A model generated the notes under the pieces. That model was given only the letters and a program-made list of their open reading frames with translations, was not told the origin of the DNA and ran no database searches. A DNA stretch of 11,558 bases. It comes from Candidatus Electronema aureum. GTDB taxonomy: Bacteria > Desulfobacterota > Desulfobulbia > Desulfobulbales > Desulfobulbaceae. Made by a program: the position numbers and the translations under genes. Shown here in pieces: positions 1-6,076 of this stretch (position 1 is its first letter; each line of letters starts with the position of its first letter). The stretch lies in NCBI GenBank assembly GCA_004284765.1, contig NQJD01000052.1, positions 1-11,558 on the forward strand, written 5' to 3'.

Positions 1-186
1 AGTATGCGAAGATGTCCTTATCACATTCGAGTTTGAAATACTCGCCGCAGATTTCCATAGTGATGACTTCTTCATCTGTTAAGGCAGGGTTAAATCCGCC
101 CCGCCGCAGCCGACATTGCTGCCTGATGACACCGTATTGTTCACAGACAAGCAGAAAGACAGCAATAACAAAATCGTCTCGATCCA
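1..186 (-). CDS. DDE transposase, N-terminal 62 codons only (IS982 / IS4-IS5-like); open at the window edge
   Basis: The minus-strand ATG at 186 lies 8 nt after AAGGAG (195-200). It translates to MDRDDFVIAVFLLVCEQYGVIRQQCRLRRGGFNPALTDEEVITMEICGEYFKLECDKDIFAY with no stop before position 1. It is absent from the ORF track because it is open-ended. The pattern 'RRGGF.P.L.DEEVITMEI.GEYF...DKDIFAY' is what I recall from N-termini of IS982/IS4-type transposases. The family call is from memory and is not verified. Confidence 0.7.
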
Positions 187-281
187 TTGGCGCACTCCTT
201 GTGAATAGGGCTTAGATACCACTATTCTACAGGATGCGCCCAATGGATCGGGCATCTTTTTTAAGAGTTGCACATTAGGTT
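1..281 (-). mobile_element. Inner (transposase-proximal) 281 bp of an IS element, left copy; the element continues leftward out of the window
   Basis: Bases 1-281 are the exact reverse complement of 11278-11558, compared base by base. Identity breaks at 282 versus 11277. The arm carries an RBS and the N-terminus of a transposase-like ORF reading toward position 1. Confidence 0.8.
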
Positions 282-312
282 AGCTCTTATTTCTGAAACC
301 GATGTTTTTTAT

Positions 313-341
313 TTGACGATATAGTTACCCTGTGGTACTTT
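313..341 (+). promoter_or_regulatory. Candidate sigma70-type promoter for the Tat redox protein gene
   Basis: TTGACG (313-318), a 17-nt spacer, then TACTTT (336-341), about 108 nt upstream of the GTG start at 449. This is a sequence match only. Confidence 0.3.
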
Positions 342-448
342 TAAATGCAGATTGAGATCACTTTGTGGTACAGGCAAAGCAGCTTGTTCTGGCCATTGAA
401 GATAGCAGCTGTTTATTTTAAGAGAGTAAACTAAAAGGAGGTTGTAAG

Positions 449-1267
449 GTGGAAGAGAAATTAGTTAAGGAAATTGGACAAGAAGGCGTGTCAAGACGAC
501 AGGTGCTTGCGGGAACAGGCGCATTGGCGGCAGGTGCTGCCTTGAGTCACCTCGGTGGCTTGGTCAGTTCAGCATCAGCAAAAGACGGCTCTACTGAAAA
601 ATGGCCTTGGCCTTACGAAAAACTTGATCCCGAAAAAACCGCCCAGCTTTGCTATGAAGAATGGTACCGGATTTTTTGCGGTGGCGCGGTAATCAGTAGC
701 ATCTTCACGCAACTACGGGAAAAAGTTGGCGAACCGTACAAGGCGTTCCCGATTGATGCCTACATCTATTTAGAAGGCGGCCAAGCTGGCTGGGGTACCA
801 TCTGCGGCGCACCAGCAGGGGCTAATATGGTTTTCAACCTGATTATCGGCCCGCGTATCAGTGGCAGCACTGTTGCTCACAAAATGTGTGAAGATGTCAT
901 GGCGTGGTACTCGCAGGCTTTAATGCCAATTTATATGCCGAAGAATCCGAAAGTCACCGCTGAATTGGCAAAAACAGTAAGCAACTCGCCGCTTTGCCAT
1001 ATTTCGGTGGGCAAATGGATGAAGGCTGCCAACAAGCCTTTAGTCAGCCCAGAGCGGAAAGACCGCTGTGCGCGGGTCGCCGCCAGTACGGCCTTTAAGG
1101 TTGTTGAGATGCTGAACGATTGGAAAGACGGCAAATACGAGCAAGCCACTGACTTCAACTGCGGTAAGTTGCACGGCATCACTGGCCAGCAAAATTGCCA
1201 TGAATGCCACGGCTCTAAGATTCCTCAAGCTCCGCCTCCTCCGCCAGAAGAGCCAAAAAAGGCGTAA
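449..1267 (+). CDS. Tat-exported C_GCAxxG_C_C-family redox protein with a C-terminal CXXCH haem-c motif (split-Soret-cytochrome-like)
   Basis: The GTG start lies 7 nt after AAGGAGG (435-441). A twin-arginine signal 'SRRQVLAGTGALAAGAA...ASA' is present. The conserved Cys pattern includes 'FCGGAV', 'GTICGAPAGANMV', 'LCHISV' and 'RCARVAA', typical of the C_GCAxxG_C_C family. A single 'CHECH' (CXXCH) lies near the C-terminus, followed by a proline-rich tail 'PQAPPPPPEEPKKA'. Confidence 0.65.
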   Translation: MEEKLVKEIGQEGVSRRQVLAGTGALAAGAALSHLGGLVSSASAKDGSTEKWPWPYEKLDPEKTAQLCYEEWYRIFCGGAVISSIFTQLREKVGEPYKAFPIDAYIYLEGGQAGWGTICGAPAGANMVFNLIIGPRISGSTVAHKMCEDVMAWYSQALMPIYMPKNPKVTAELAKTVSNSPLCHISVGKWMKAANKPLVSPERKDRCARVAASTAFKVVEMLNDWKDGKYEQATDFNCGKLHGITGQQNCHECHGSKIPQAPPPPPEEPKKA

Positions 1268-1364
1268 CGGAGAGGGAGAGAAAAGCGCAGGAGCTATATT
1301 TTTCCGTTCCTGCGCGGAAGCAGCCATTCGCCAGTGGTAGTAAGTGGCGGAAGAATATTTTCTC

Positions 1365-1393
1365 TTGACATTCGGCTCTGTTTTTTATACATT
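1365..1393 (+). promoter_or_regulatory. Candidate sigma70 promoter of the tRNA-Gln gene
   Basis: Perfect TTGACA (1365-1370), a 17-nt spacer, then TACATT (1388-1393). The -10 element ends 14 nt before the mature tRNA 5' end at 1408. Confidence 0.5.
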
Positions 1394-1407
1394 CATTCCA
1401 TCCTTAC

Positions 1408-1481
1408 TGGGGGATGGTCTAACGGCAAGACAGCGGACTCTGACTCCGCTTATCGGGGTTCGAATCCCTGTTCCCCAGCCA
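1408..1481 (+). tRNA. tRNA-Gln (anticodon CUG), CCA encoded
   Basis: A manual cloverleaf fits. Acceptor 1408-1414 pairs with 1471-1477. D stem 1417-1420 pairs with 1428-1431. Anticodon stem 1433-1437 pairs with 1445-1449. The loop is cuCUGac with the anticodon at 1440-1442. T stem 1454-1458 pairs with 1466-1470 around a TTCGAAT loop. Discriminator G is at 1478 and CCA at 1479-1481, followed by a T7 run. Confidence 0.9.
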
Positions 1482-1595
1482 TTTTTTTAGCAAGTATCCC
1501 CTCCTGTAGTCTCTGCTTTCTTCAAGATTTTTTTAAATAAATCCGGCTCATAAAAACACTTAGAGTGTATCAATGGGTTTGCATATCTCAAAGGT

Positions 1596-1647
1596 AAAAA
1601 AAAGCAACAGCAGTACCAGAAAATATCAGCACTGCCGCGCGTTGTTG
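1596..1647 (-). terminator. Candidate intrinsic terminator after the DUF2892 gene / end of the long minus-strand operon
   Basis: On the minus strand a bipartite stem forms: 1643-1647 with 1605-1609, and 1631-1635 with 1610-1614, with a 7-nt internal bulge. It is followed directly by U8 (plus-strand A8 at 1596-1603). The stem is imperfect. Confidence 0.4.
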
Positions 1648-1680
1648 TCTATTCCTCTTTAGATCAAGAGGATAATCTTG

Positions 1681-1923
1681 TTATTTCCCGCAGCAGCTCC
1701 TCCCACTTTGTCTTGTCTCCGGCACGCCCAACTTTTTCAGAATCAGACCCAGCGGACAGAATTTACTGAAGCCGAACTGAAAGAGGTTCAGGCCAACAAA
1801 AAGCGGCAGAAAAAGAAAGTATTGATGGACAAAGAGTGGGTTACTGCCGCAGTCAAAGCCTAATGTTAGCCCAAAGATAATGAAAAATCCGGCGATACTG
1901 TGAATCCAGTCGGTGATAATCAT
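1681..1923 (-). CDS. DUF2892 (YgaP-like) small inner-membrane protein
   Basis: An 80-aa protein with two hydrophobic helices and the C-terminal 'GFSKFCPLGLILKKLGV' signature, comparable to the DUF2892 'tGfCPlY.lLGi' pattern. AGGAGA lies 6 nt upstream of the ATG. The start is only 27 nt downstream of the OM-barrel gene stop. Confidence 0.65.
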   Translation of the reverse strand: MIITDWIHSIAGFFIIFGLTLGFDCGSNPLFVHQYFLFLPLFVGLNLFQFGFSKFCPLGLILKKLGVPETRQSGRSCCGK

Positions 1924-1950
1924 GATGATTCTCCTAATGTTGATGATTTT

Positions 1951-3231
1951 TTAGAAGTTGTAACGTAGTCCGACAAAGGCATTGCTGTTGTCTTGGAAGC
2001 GGCCCCAGAAGGTATGCTCCTCGTCACCAAAAAAGAAATTCAAGCCGCCGTCAAGCTGCCAGTGATCGTTTAGCTTGTACTTGACCTTTGGTCGTACATT
2101 GCCGTCATTGTCCGTGGGCGAGTAATAGGCGAAGAGCGAGAGGGTTAGGTTCTGATTCATCATCAGCTTGGTCAGGCGCAGAGTGAGCAGATGCCGGTAT
2201 TCATCCCGCGTTTTCATGCCGGGCGGCAATGCCTGCTCGTAGTCGTCATAGCCGTCAATCGCCTCAATGTAATACTGCACGCTGCCGGTCAGCTCGTGGC
2301 CGATCTCGCGTTCGAATCCGGCGAGAATGCGGAATTCTGAAGGCCGGACAGCGGGATTGCTGCCGCTTTCGTCATCGGTGGAGTCATAATAGCCGAATTC
2401 GGCATTGCCGATGCCGCCGAACATGGGCGAACGCGCCGACGCGCCATAGACATTGAGCGGCGGATAGACTGCCTTGCCGGAAGCCATGTCCATGCCTTCC
2501 GGCTCCTGCCAGAAGCCGCTGTAGGCGTAGAGGGCCGCTTCGACCTGAGCAAAACTGCGGGAAAGCCGCATGGACAGCTCATCGTCGCGGAACCAGCGGT
2601 CCGGCTCGCTGTCCTCCATGACCATGTCCTGGCCGACAATCCGTCCGGCAGAGGGGTTGTAGTAGGAAAGCCGCTCGCCGTCAATGTACTCCGAGCCTTG
2701 GAAAAGCGGCGCATAGACGAGATCAAGCGAGTAATCGCCGAAAAAAAAGCCGGTCTTGATGACATTGGAAGCCTGCTTCAGGTATTCGTCATCGCGGCCA
2801 ATGAAGAAAGACTGCCAGTCCTTGGGAAACATGTCATTGATGAAGATCATGTCGCCAGTTCCCCAAGTGGAGACCATCCGGCCAATTTTGACATCAGCCC
2901 AATCTGTCGGGCGGAAGGAGACATTCAGCTCGCGGATGTCGGCATCCAGCTCCTCAGTCACTGCGTCAGCGAGCAGGTCGCCTTTAAACTGGACAAGGAA
3001 GGAGTCAAAATCGCGGCTCAGGCGCAGCTGCGTCCGCGCCTCGCCAATGCTCATCGCGTCTTCGTGCTCGTCATCAACGAGCCGCGCTCCGACGCGGGTT
3101 TCAGCGAAACCGAGCAGCTCCACCTCGTACTTGTCATAAAGCCGCTCGGCGAGCGTCTGCTTCTCATCCGCCGCCCAGACAGCAGCCGGGGGCAGGGCGC
3201 AGAGCAGCAGAGCGGCAATTTTTTTCTTCAT
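1951..3231 (-). CDS. Outer-membrane beta-barrel protein associated with the MMPL/LolA-like export cluster
   Basis: Signal peptide 'MKKKIAALLLCALPPAAVWAADE'. The sequence is rich in alternating aromatic/Gly/Asp beta-strand patterns and has a C-terminal 'GLRYNF' with terminal Phe, typical of OM barrels. The ORF track starts at 3237 (MIM...). The ATG at 3231 is better spaced from GAGGA. The gene starts 6-12 nt after the LolA-like stop. Confidence 0.7.
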   Translation of the reverse strand: MKKKIAALLLCALPPAAVWAADEKQTLAERLYDKYEVELLGFAETRVGARLVDDEHEDAMSIGEARTQLRLSRDFDSFLVQFKGDLLADAVTEELDADIRELNVSFRPTDWADVKIGRMVSTWGTGDMIFINDMFPKDWQSFFIGRDDEYLKQASNVIKTGFFFGDYSLDLVYAPLFQGSEYIDGERLSYYNPSAGRIVGQDMVMEDSEPDRWFRDDELSMRLSRSFAQVEAALYAYSGFWQEPEGMDMASGKAVYPPLNVYGASARSPMFGGIGNAEFGYYDSTDDESGSNPAVRPSEFRILAGFEREIGHELTGSVQYYIEAIDGYDDYEQALPPGMKTRDEYRHLLTLRLTKLMMNQNLTLSLFAYYSPTDNDGNVRPKVKYKLNDHWQLDGGLNFFFGDEEHTFWGRFQDNSNAFVGLRYNF

Positions 3232-3243
3232 GATCATCCTCGC

Positions 3244-4026
3244 TTATCTGATTTCACGGGGCGGACGGCGCAGGTAACGCTCGGTGAAGAGGTCTTCGGT
3301 CAGGCCGATGTTGTATTTGACATTGCTGAACTTGGACACGGTTGAGCTGCCTGCGGCGATGTCTGTCACCTTGGATTCCGTCACAGTCGGAATGCCGTCA
3401 ATTATTTCTGTTTTCACCGCCTCGACGATGCGGTATTCCTTGCCGTTTTTGTCGAGATAGACCGCCTTCACCGGCAGAAAGGTCTTTTTGTCAATCTGCA
3501 CGGTGTAGGAGGAGAATTCCACCTCTCCCGGCTTTTTCGGCGTGTTCTTGATCACATAATGCGTGTTTGTGCTTTGCGCCAGCTCGTGGCTGTCTTCAGC
3601 AAGATTGCGACCGGAAACATCCTCGTACATGAAATTGCTGCCGACAAAAGATGTGCGTTTGTCCGAGGCAGCGATGCGCTTGACCAAATCCAAGGCGGGC
3701 AGATACATCCAGCGGTCGTCGTCTTTGTCGGTGTTCTTATGTACCATGAAGACCATTTTGCTGACATCGCTTGGTTTCTTGAAATAAACGTAAAAGAGCT
3801 GCGCCCCGCCGTCCGCCTTGTCCTTGCGCAGGATGACAAATTCCCGCTCCCGCTCGCGTCCTTGGCTGTCCTTGATCGTCATCTTGACCTCAGCACGCCC
3901 GTCATCGCCGCCGTAATAAGCGGCCAAATTGGCCTTGCTGATGATCTCGTCCACGCTGGGATCAGCGGCAAAAGCCGGGGATACAACCAGCAGGGCCAGC
4001 AGACTGAACAGCATTGTTTTTTTCAT
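3244..4026 (-). CDS. LolA-like outer-membrane lipoprotein-sorting protein family (periplasmic)
   Basis: Signal peptide 'MKKTMLFSLLALLVVSPAFAADP'. The motifs 'DEIISKAN', 'WMYLPALDLVKRIAASDKRTSFVGSNFMYEDVSGR' match my recollection of the LolA_like family that accompanies MMPL/RND exporters. AGGAGG (4033-4038 on the plus strand as cctcct) lies 6 nt upstream of the ATG. Confidence 0.85.
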   Translation of the reverse strand: MKKTMLFSLLALLVVSPAFAADPSVDEIISKANLAAYYGGDDGRAEVKMTIKDSQGREREREFVILRKDKADGGAQLFYVYFKKPSDVSKMVFMVHKNTDKDDDRWMYLPALDLVKRIAASDKRTSFVGSNFMYEDVSGRNLAEDSHELAQSTNTHYVIKNTPKKPGEVEFSSYTVQIDKKTFLPVKAVYLDKNGKEYRIVEAVKTEIIDGIPTVTESKVTDIAAGSSTVSKFSNVKYNIGLTEDLFTERYLRRPPREIR

Positions 4027-4050
4027 GACTTTCCTCCTGTTTGATGAAAA

Positions 4051-4650
4051 TTAAACATCGCAAATAAACGATTTCAAAATACCGACAATTTTTCTCCCGT
4101 CCTCGAAAGAATAGAGACAGCTGTCAATCGTGACAGTATTTTTCTGAAGCGAAAGGAATTGCCAGAGCACTCCGTCAGTCACCACACCGTAAATCGGCCA
4201 GACTTGATTTCCTTCTTGCTCGTTGAATATCCGCGCCGCCTCCATTTCCGCGACACATTGCGCCAATCCGCTGCCCAAGTCTGATTTCTTAGCCTCCACC
4301 AGCATGACAACCGGCGCGGTGATGTAGAGCTGATTCTCGCTTTTACTGATCAATCCGTCCGGGTTGCCTGTCAGTCCTTTGCCTGCGTCAACGTTGAAGG
4401 TGTTTTGCAGAAAAAAGCTGACAGGCACATGCCGATCAAGCTCCATCAGCACATGATTGACGATCAGAGACTGCCGTCCGCTCTCCGTGTTGATGCGCAC
4501 CGCCTTCGGATAAGCCATGCGCATGGTCTCAATAAACCATTGCGATACTTCCGCAGGCGGAATGTGCGCATAGAGTCCGTCTGCGTCATGAATGCTGATG
4601 CCAAGCTCTTTATGCACTTGATCGAGTGTTTTAAAATCACTGTAGGACAT
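4051..4650 (-). CDS. PD-(D/E)xK nuclease-fold protein, HsdR N-terminal-domain-like (intact paralog)
   Basis: A 199-aa protein. The canonical motif order is 'NPDGLI' (PD), then a hydrophobic strand 'VVMLVEAKK' (ExK), then 'GLAQCVAEM' (Q in the following helix). An upstream 'NTESGRQSLIVNHVLMEL' helix is as in HSDR_N-type domains. It is about one third identical by eye to the decayed gene at 10762-11277. Confidence 0.7.
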   Translation of the reverse strand: MSYSDFKTLDQVHKELGISIHDADGLYAHIPPAEVSQWFIETMRMAYPKAVRINTESGRQSLIVNHVLMELDRHVPVSFFLQNTFNVDAGKGLTGNPDGLISKSENQLYITAPVVMLVEAKKSDLGSGLAQCVAEMEAARIFNEQEGNQVWPIYGVVTDGVLWQFLSLQKNTVTIDSCLYSFEDGRKIVGILKSFICDV

Positions 4651-4678
4651 TCTGTCTCACCCTTCCACCGCATGAATT

Positions 4679-4698
4679 TTTCAGCTTGCAGGCTGAAA
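4679..4698. other. 7-bp hairpin between the repeat array and the nuclease gene start
   Basis: tttcagc (4679-4685), a 6-nt loop, then gctgaaa (4692-4698). No U-tract follows on either strand, so it is not a canonical terminator. Confidence 0.3.
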
Positions 4699-4700
4699 CA

Positions 4701-5070
4701 AGGCCATTCTTTTTCCCTGCGCTCAATTCCTGTTCAAGAATGAGGCTGTCATTTTTTCCATCGGACAGCCCCTCTTAACGAACGCGCCTCCTCTCTTTTA
4801 AAGAGAAAGACTGCTCTTAACGAATGGACTGCTTCATTTTTAAAATTGACATCTCCTCTTTAAAAGAGGGCTTGTCCATTTTTTAAGAGAACGGCTCCAC
4901 TCAAAAAGTGGGGAGGCACTCTTTAAAAACTCACGACCGCTTTTCACGAAAGGGCTGCTCATCTTTTTAAACGGAGACGTTCCTGCAACGAACGGAGAGC
5001 TGCGTTTCAAGGAGGCCGTGGCCTGTCCTTTAAATTTGACCGTGCATTTTTCAATTAAATTATAAATATG
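4701..5070. repeat. Degenerate tandem array, about 8.5 units of 41-45 bp
   Basis: Units start at 4701, 4743, 4785, 4827, 4871, 4914, 4955, 4996 and 5041 (partial). Hand alignment gives unit 4701 vs 4743 at 26/42 identical and 4743 vs 4785 at 24/42, with an identical 11-mer ctcttaacgaa. Each unit has a G/C-rich start (rGCTGyTCA), a T4-6 run, an A-rich stretch, and a 3' block like CCTCTTAACGAAyGG. Confidence 0.75.
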
Positions 5071-5121
5071 TTTACCTTAAGAGGTGTCTATCTTGAAATA
5101 AGTACATAGTATGTGTTGTTT

Positions 5122-6027
5122 TTATGGTATATCAAAAATTACCCCCCAGTTAGATGGCGATCCTGTATATAATATATCACCATCTGTCTCATAATCTTCT
5201 TTTGGTTCCCATGCCCCGAAGAAATCCTCAGTGTGACCTTCAGTCATAATGTGTAAAATGTTAGGAGGCATTGGCCATTTCCTTCTCAAATAATCTAACC
5301 TAGACCAATCTTCATCATCATAAAAGACATTCTTCCCAATCGTAATGCGGCTTAAATCATCGATATATTTAGTTTTGAATTTAAAGTTATTTTTATTGGC
5401 ATTTTTTATTATGGATTTTTCCAAAATTTCAGAGTTAAACTGTCCAAGTTCGACCAGAAGCGTGCAAAGCTCTTTAATATCAAATTCGTTATCCAAACCA
5501 TAATCACCGCTGCTTGGTGCTTTATAAGATATAAGCTCACGACATGCTTTTTTAAAAATGACTTTTTCTTTTAATTCGCTTGACATGTTTTTGTCAAAAT
5601 GGCCAAGATGATCAAAGGTGATATTAATCACCTTTGAATGGTCCATACTAAATAACCGCCCGTCAGCCCAAGGAATATTGGGCAATGTTGCCACAACGCA
5701 ACGGCATGCTGAAAAAATAGCGTAATATTCCAAGTAGGATGTAACAACTCTTAAATTTTTTTCGATAGCGAACTCTAAACTCATAAGTTGAAGAGTAGCC
5801 TGAAATACCATCTTGGCAGAAAAATATATTCTGCATAGCCATTCAGAATTCGTATCTTCTGACCAATCATTGGTAATCTTTGAATATTCTTGAAACATAC
5901 GGGCTGCATTATTCGCGCATATTTTATCATCGAAAACACGAGTTAATTCTCTAAAATTATAAAACCATTTTATTTCTGAAAAACCATGATAAGTTGACAG
6001 TATTTTTCTTGTTGCTATTGAACTCAT
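5122..6027 (-). CDS. AT-rich orphan protein, 301 aa, function unknown (weak HEPN-like features)
   Basis: A long uninterrupted ORF in a region where sampled 60-nt lines are 27% (5341-5400) and 32% (5701-5760) G+C. No clear Shine-Dalgarno precedes the ATG at 6027, so the start is uncertain. The helical segment 'SYLEYYAIFSACRCVVATLP' is followed by 'GRLFSMDH' (R124-x5-H130). Confidence 0.6.
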   Translation of the reverse strand: MSSIATRKILSTYHGFSEIKWFYNFRELTRVFDDKICANNAARMFQEYSKITNDWSEDTNSEWLCRIYFSAKMVFQATLQLMSLEFAIEKNLRVVTSYLEYYAIFSACRCVVATLPNIPWADGRLFSMDHSKVINITFDHLGHFDKNMSSELKEKVIFKKACRELISYKAPSSGDYGLDNEFDIKELCTLLVELGQFNSEILEKSIIKNANKNNFKFKTKYIDDLSRITIGKNVFYDDEDWSRLDYLRRKWPMPPNILHIMTEGHTEDFFGAWEPKEDYETDGDILYTGSPSNWGVIFDIP

Positions 6028-6076
6028 CGCTGTTGTTTGTATAGTTTTTTTTATGGATTTGAATAGTTCACAATAT

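Noticed and set aside
12-273. The 67-aa (12-215 +, mirrored at 11344-11547 -) and 64-aa (79-273 -) ORFs inside the IS arms
   Set aside because: They are antisense to, or out of frame with, the transposase N-terminus. That N-terminus has a proper RBS and a recognisable transposase-like sequence. The 67-aa and 64-aa ORFs have low-complexity, non-protein-like sequences.
282-448. The left inner flank as a remnant of a third nuclease paralog (mirror of the interrupted gene at the right IS)
   Set aside because: Similarity between the two flanks is limited to about 18 nt around TTTCNGAAA. Translation of the minus strand here is full of stops and shows none of the family motifs.
1285-1315. Hairpin gcgcagga/tcctgcgc after the Tat redox gene as an intrinsic terminator
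   Set aside because: It has an 8-bp stem but a 15-nt loop and no T-tract after the 3' arm. It may still stabilise the mRNA, but it does not meet terminator criteria.
1334-1540. 68-aa ORF in the track
   Set aside because: It overlaps the tRNA-Gln gene and its promoter, so the tRNA explains the sequence.
1408-1700. tRNA-Gln as the attachment site of an integrated genomic island
   Set aside because: There is no integrase gene in the window. I could find no direct repeat of the tRNA 3' end elsewhere. The downstream genes on that side are ordinary, G+C-typical envelope genes.
2229-4044. Plus-strand ORFs 2229-2456, 2698-3345, 2756-3139, 3342-3551, 3559-4044 and 3563-3787, and the out-of-frame minus-strand ORFs 2289-2765 and 3552-3839
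   Set aside because: They are shadow ORFs within the G+C-rich OM-barrel and LolA-like genes. Their translations are Arg/Ser/Ala-rich junk. The real genes have signal peptides, RBSs and family motifs.
4035-4045. Short shared string cctgtt(t)g at 4035-4042 and 6122-6128 as target-site duplication or att repeats of the 2.1-kb insert
   Set aside because: The match is only 6-7 nt and imperfect, which is within chance expectation for boundaries that I cannot place precisely.
4771-4995. Integron attC-like core sites (ctcttaac / gttaagag recurring in the array) and the AT-rich ORF as a gene cassette
   Set aside because: The recurring block only partly fits RYYYAAC / GTTRRRY, since the first and last positions have the wrong base class. 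No paired imperfect inverted repeat of attC type follows the ORF. No intI or attI is present.
4701-5070. CRISPR array interpretation of the tandem repeats
   Set aside because: The units are contiguous and degenerate, with no alternation of conserved repeats and unique spacers. The 41-45-bp period has no spacer component. No cas genes are in the window.
4843-5076. A protein-coding repeat gene on the minus strand of the array (78 stop-free codons, 'SPFVK...LKK' periodicity)
   Set aside because: There is no start codon near the 5' end. Only a 40-codon ATG ORF from 4962 exists, and it has no SD. Unit lengths of 41-45 nt shift the frame between units. The peptide periodicity is most simply a by-product of the DNA repeat. 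I keep it only as an alternative in the finding.
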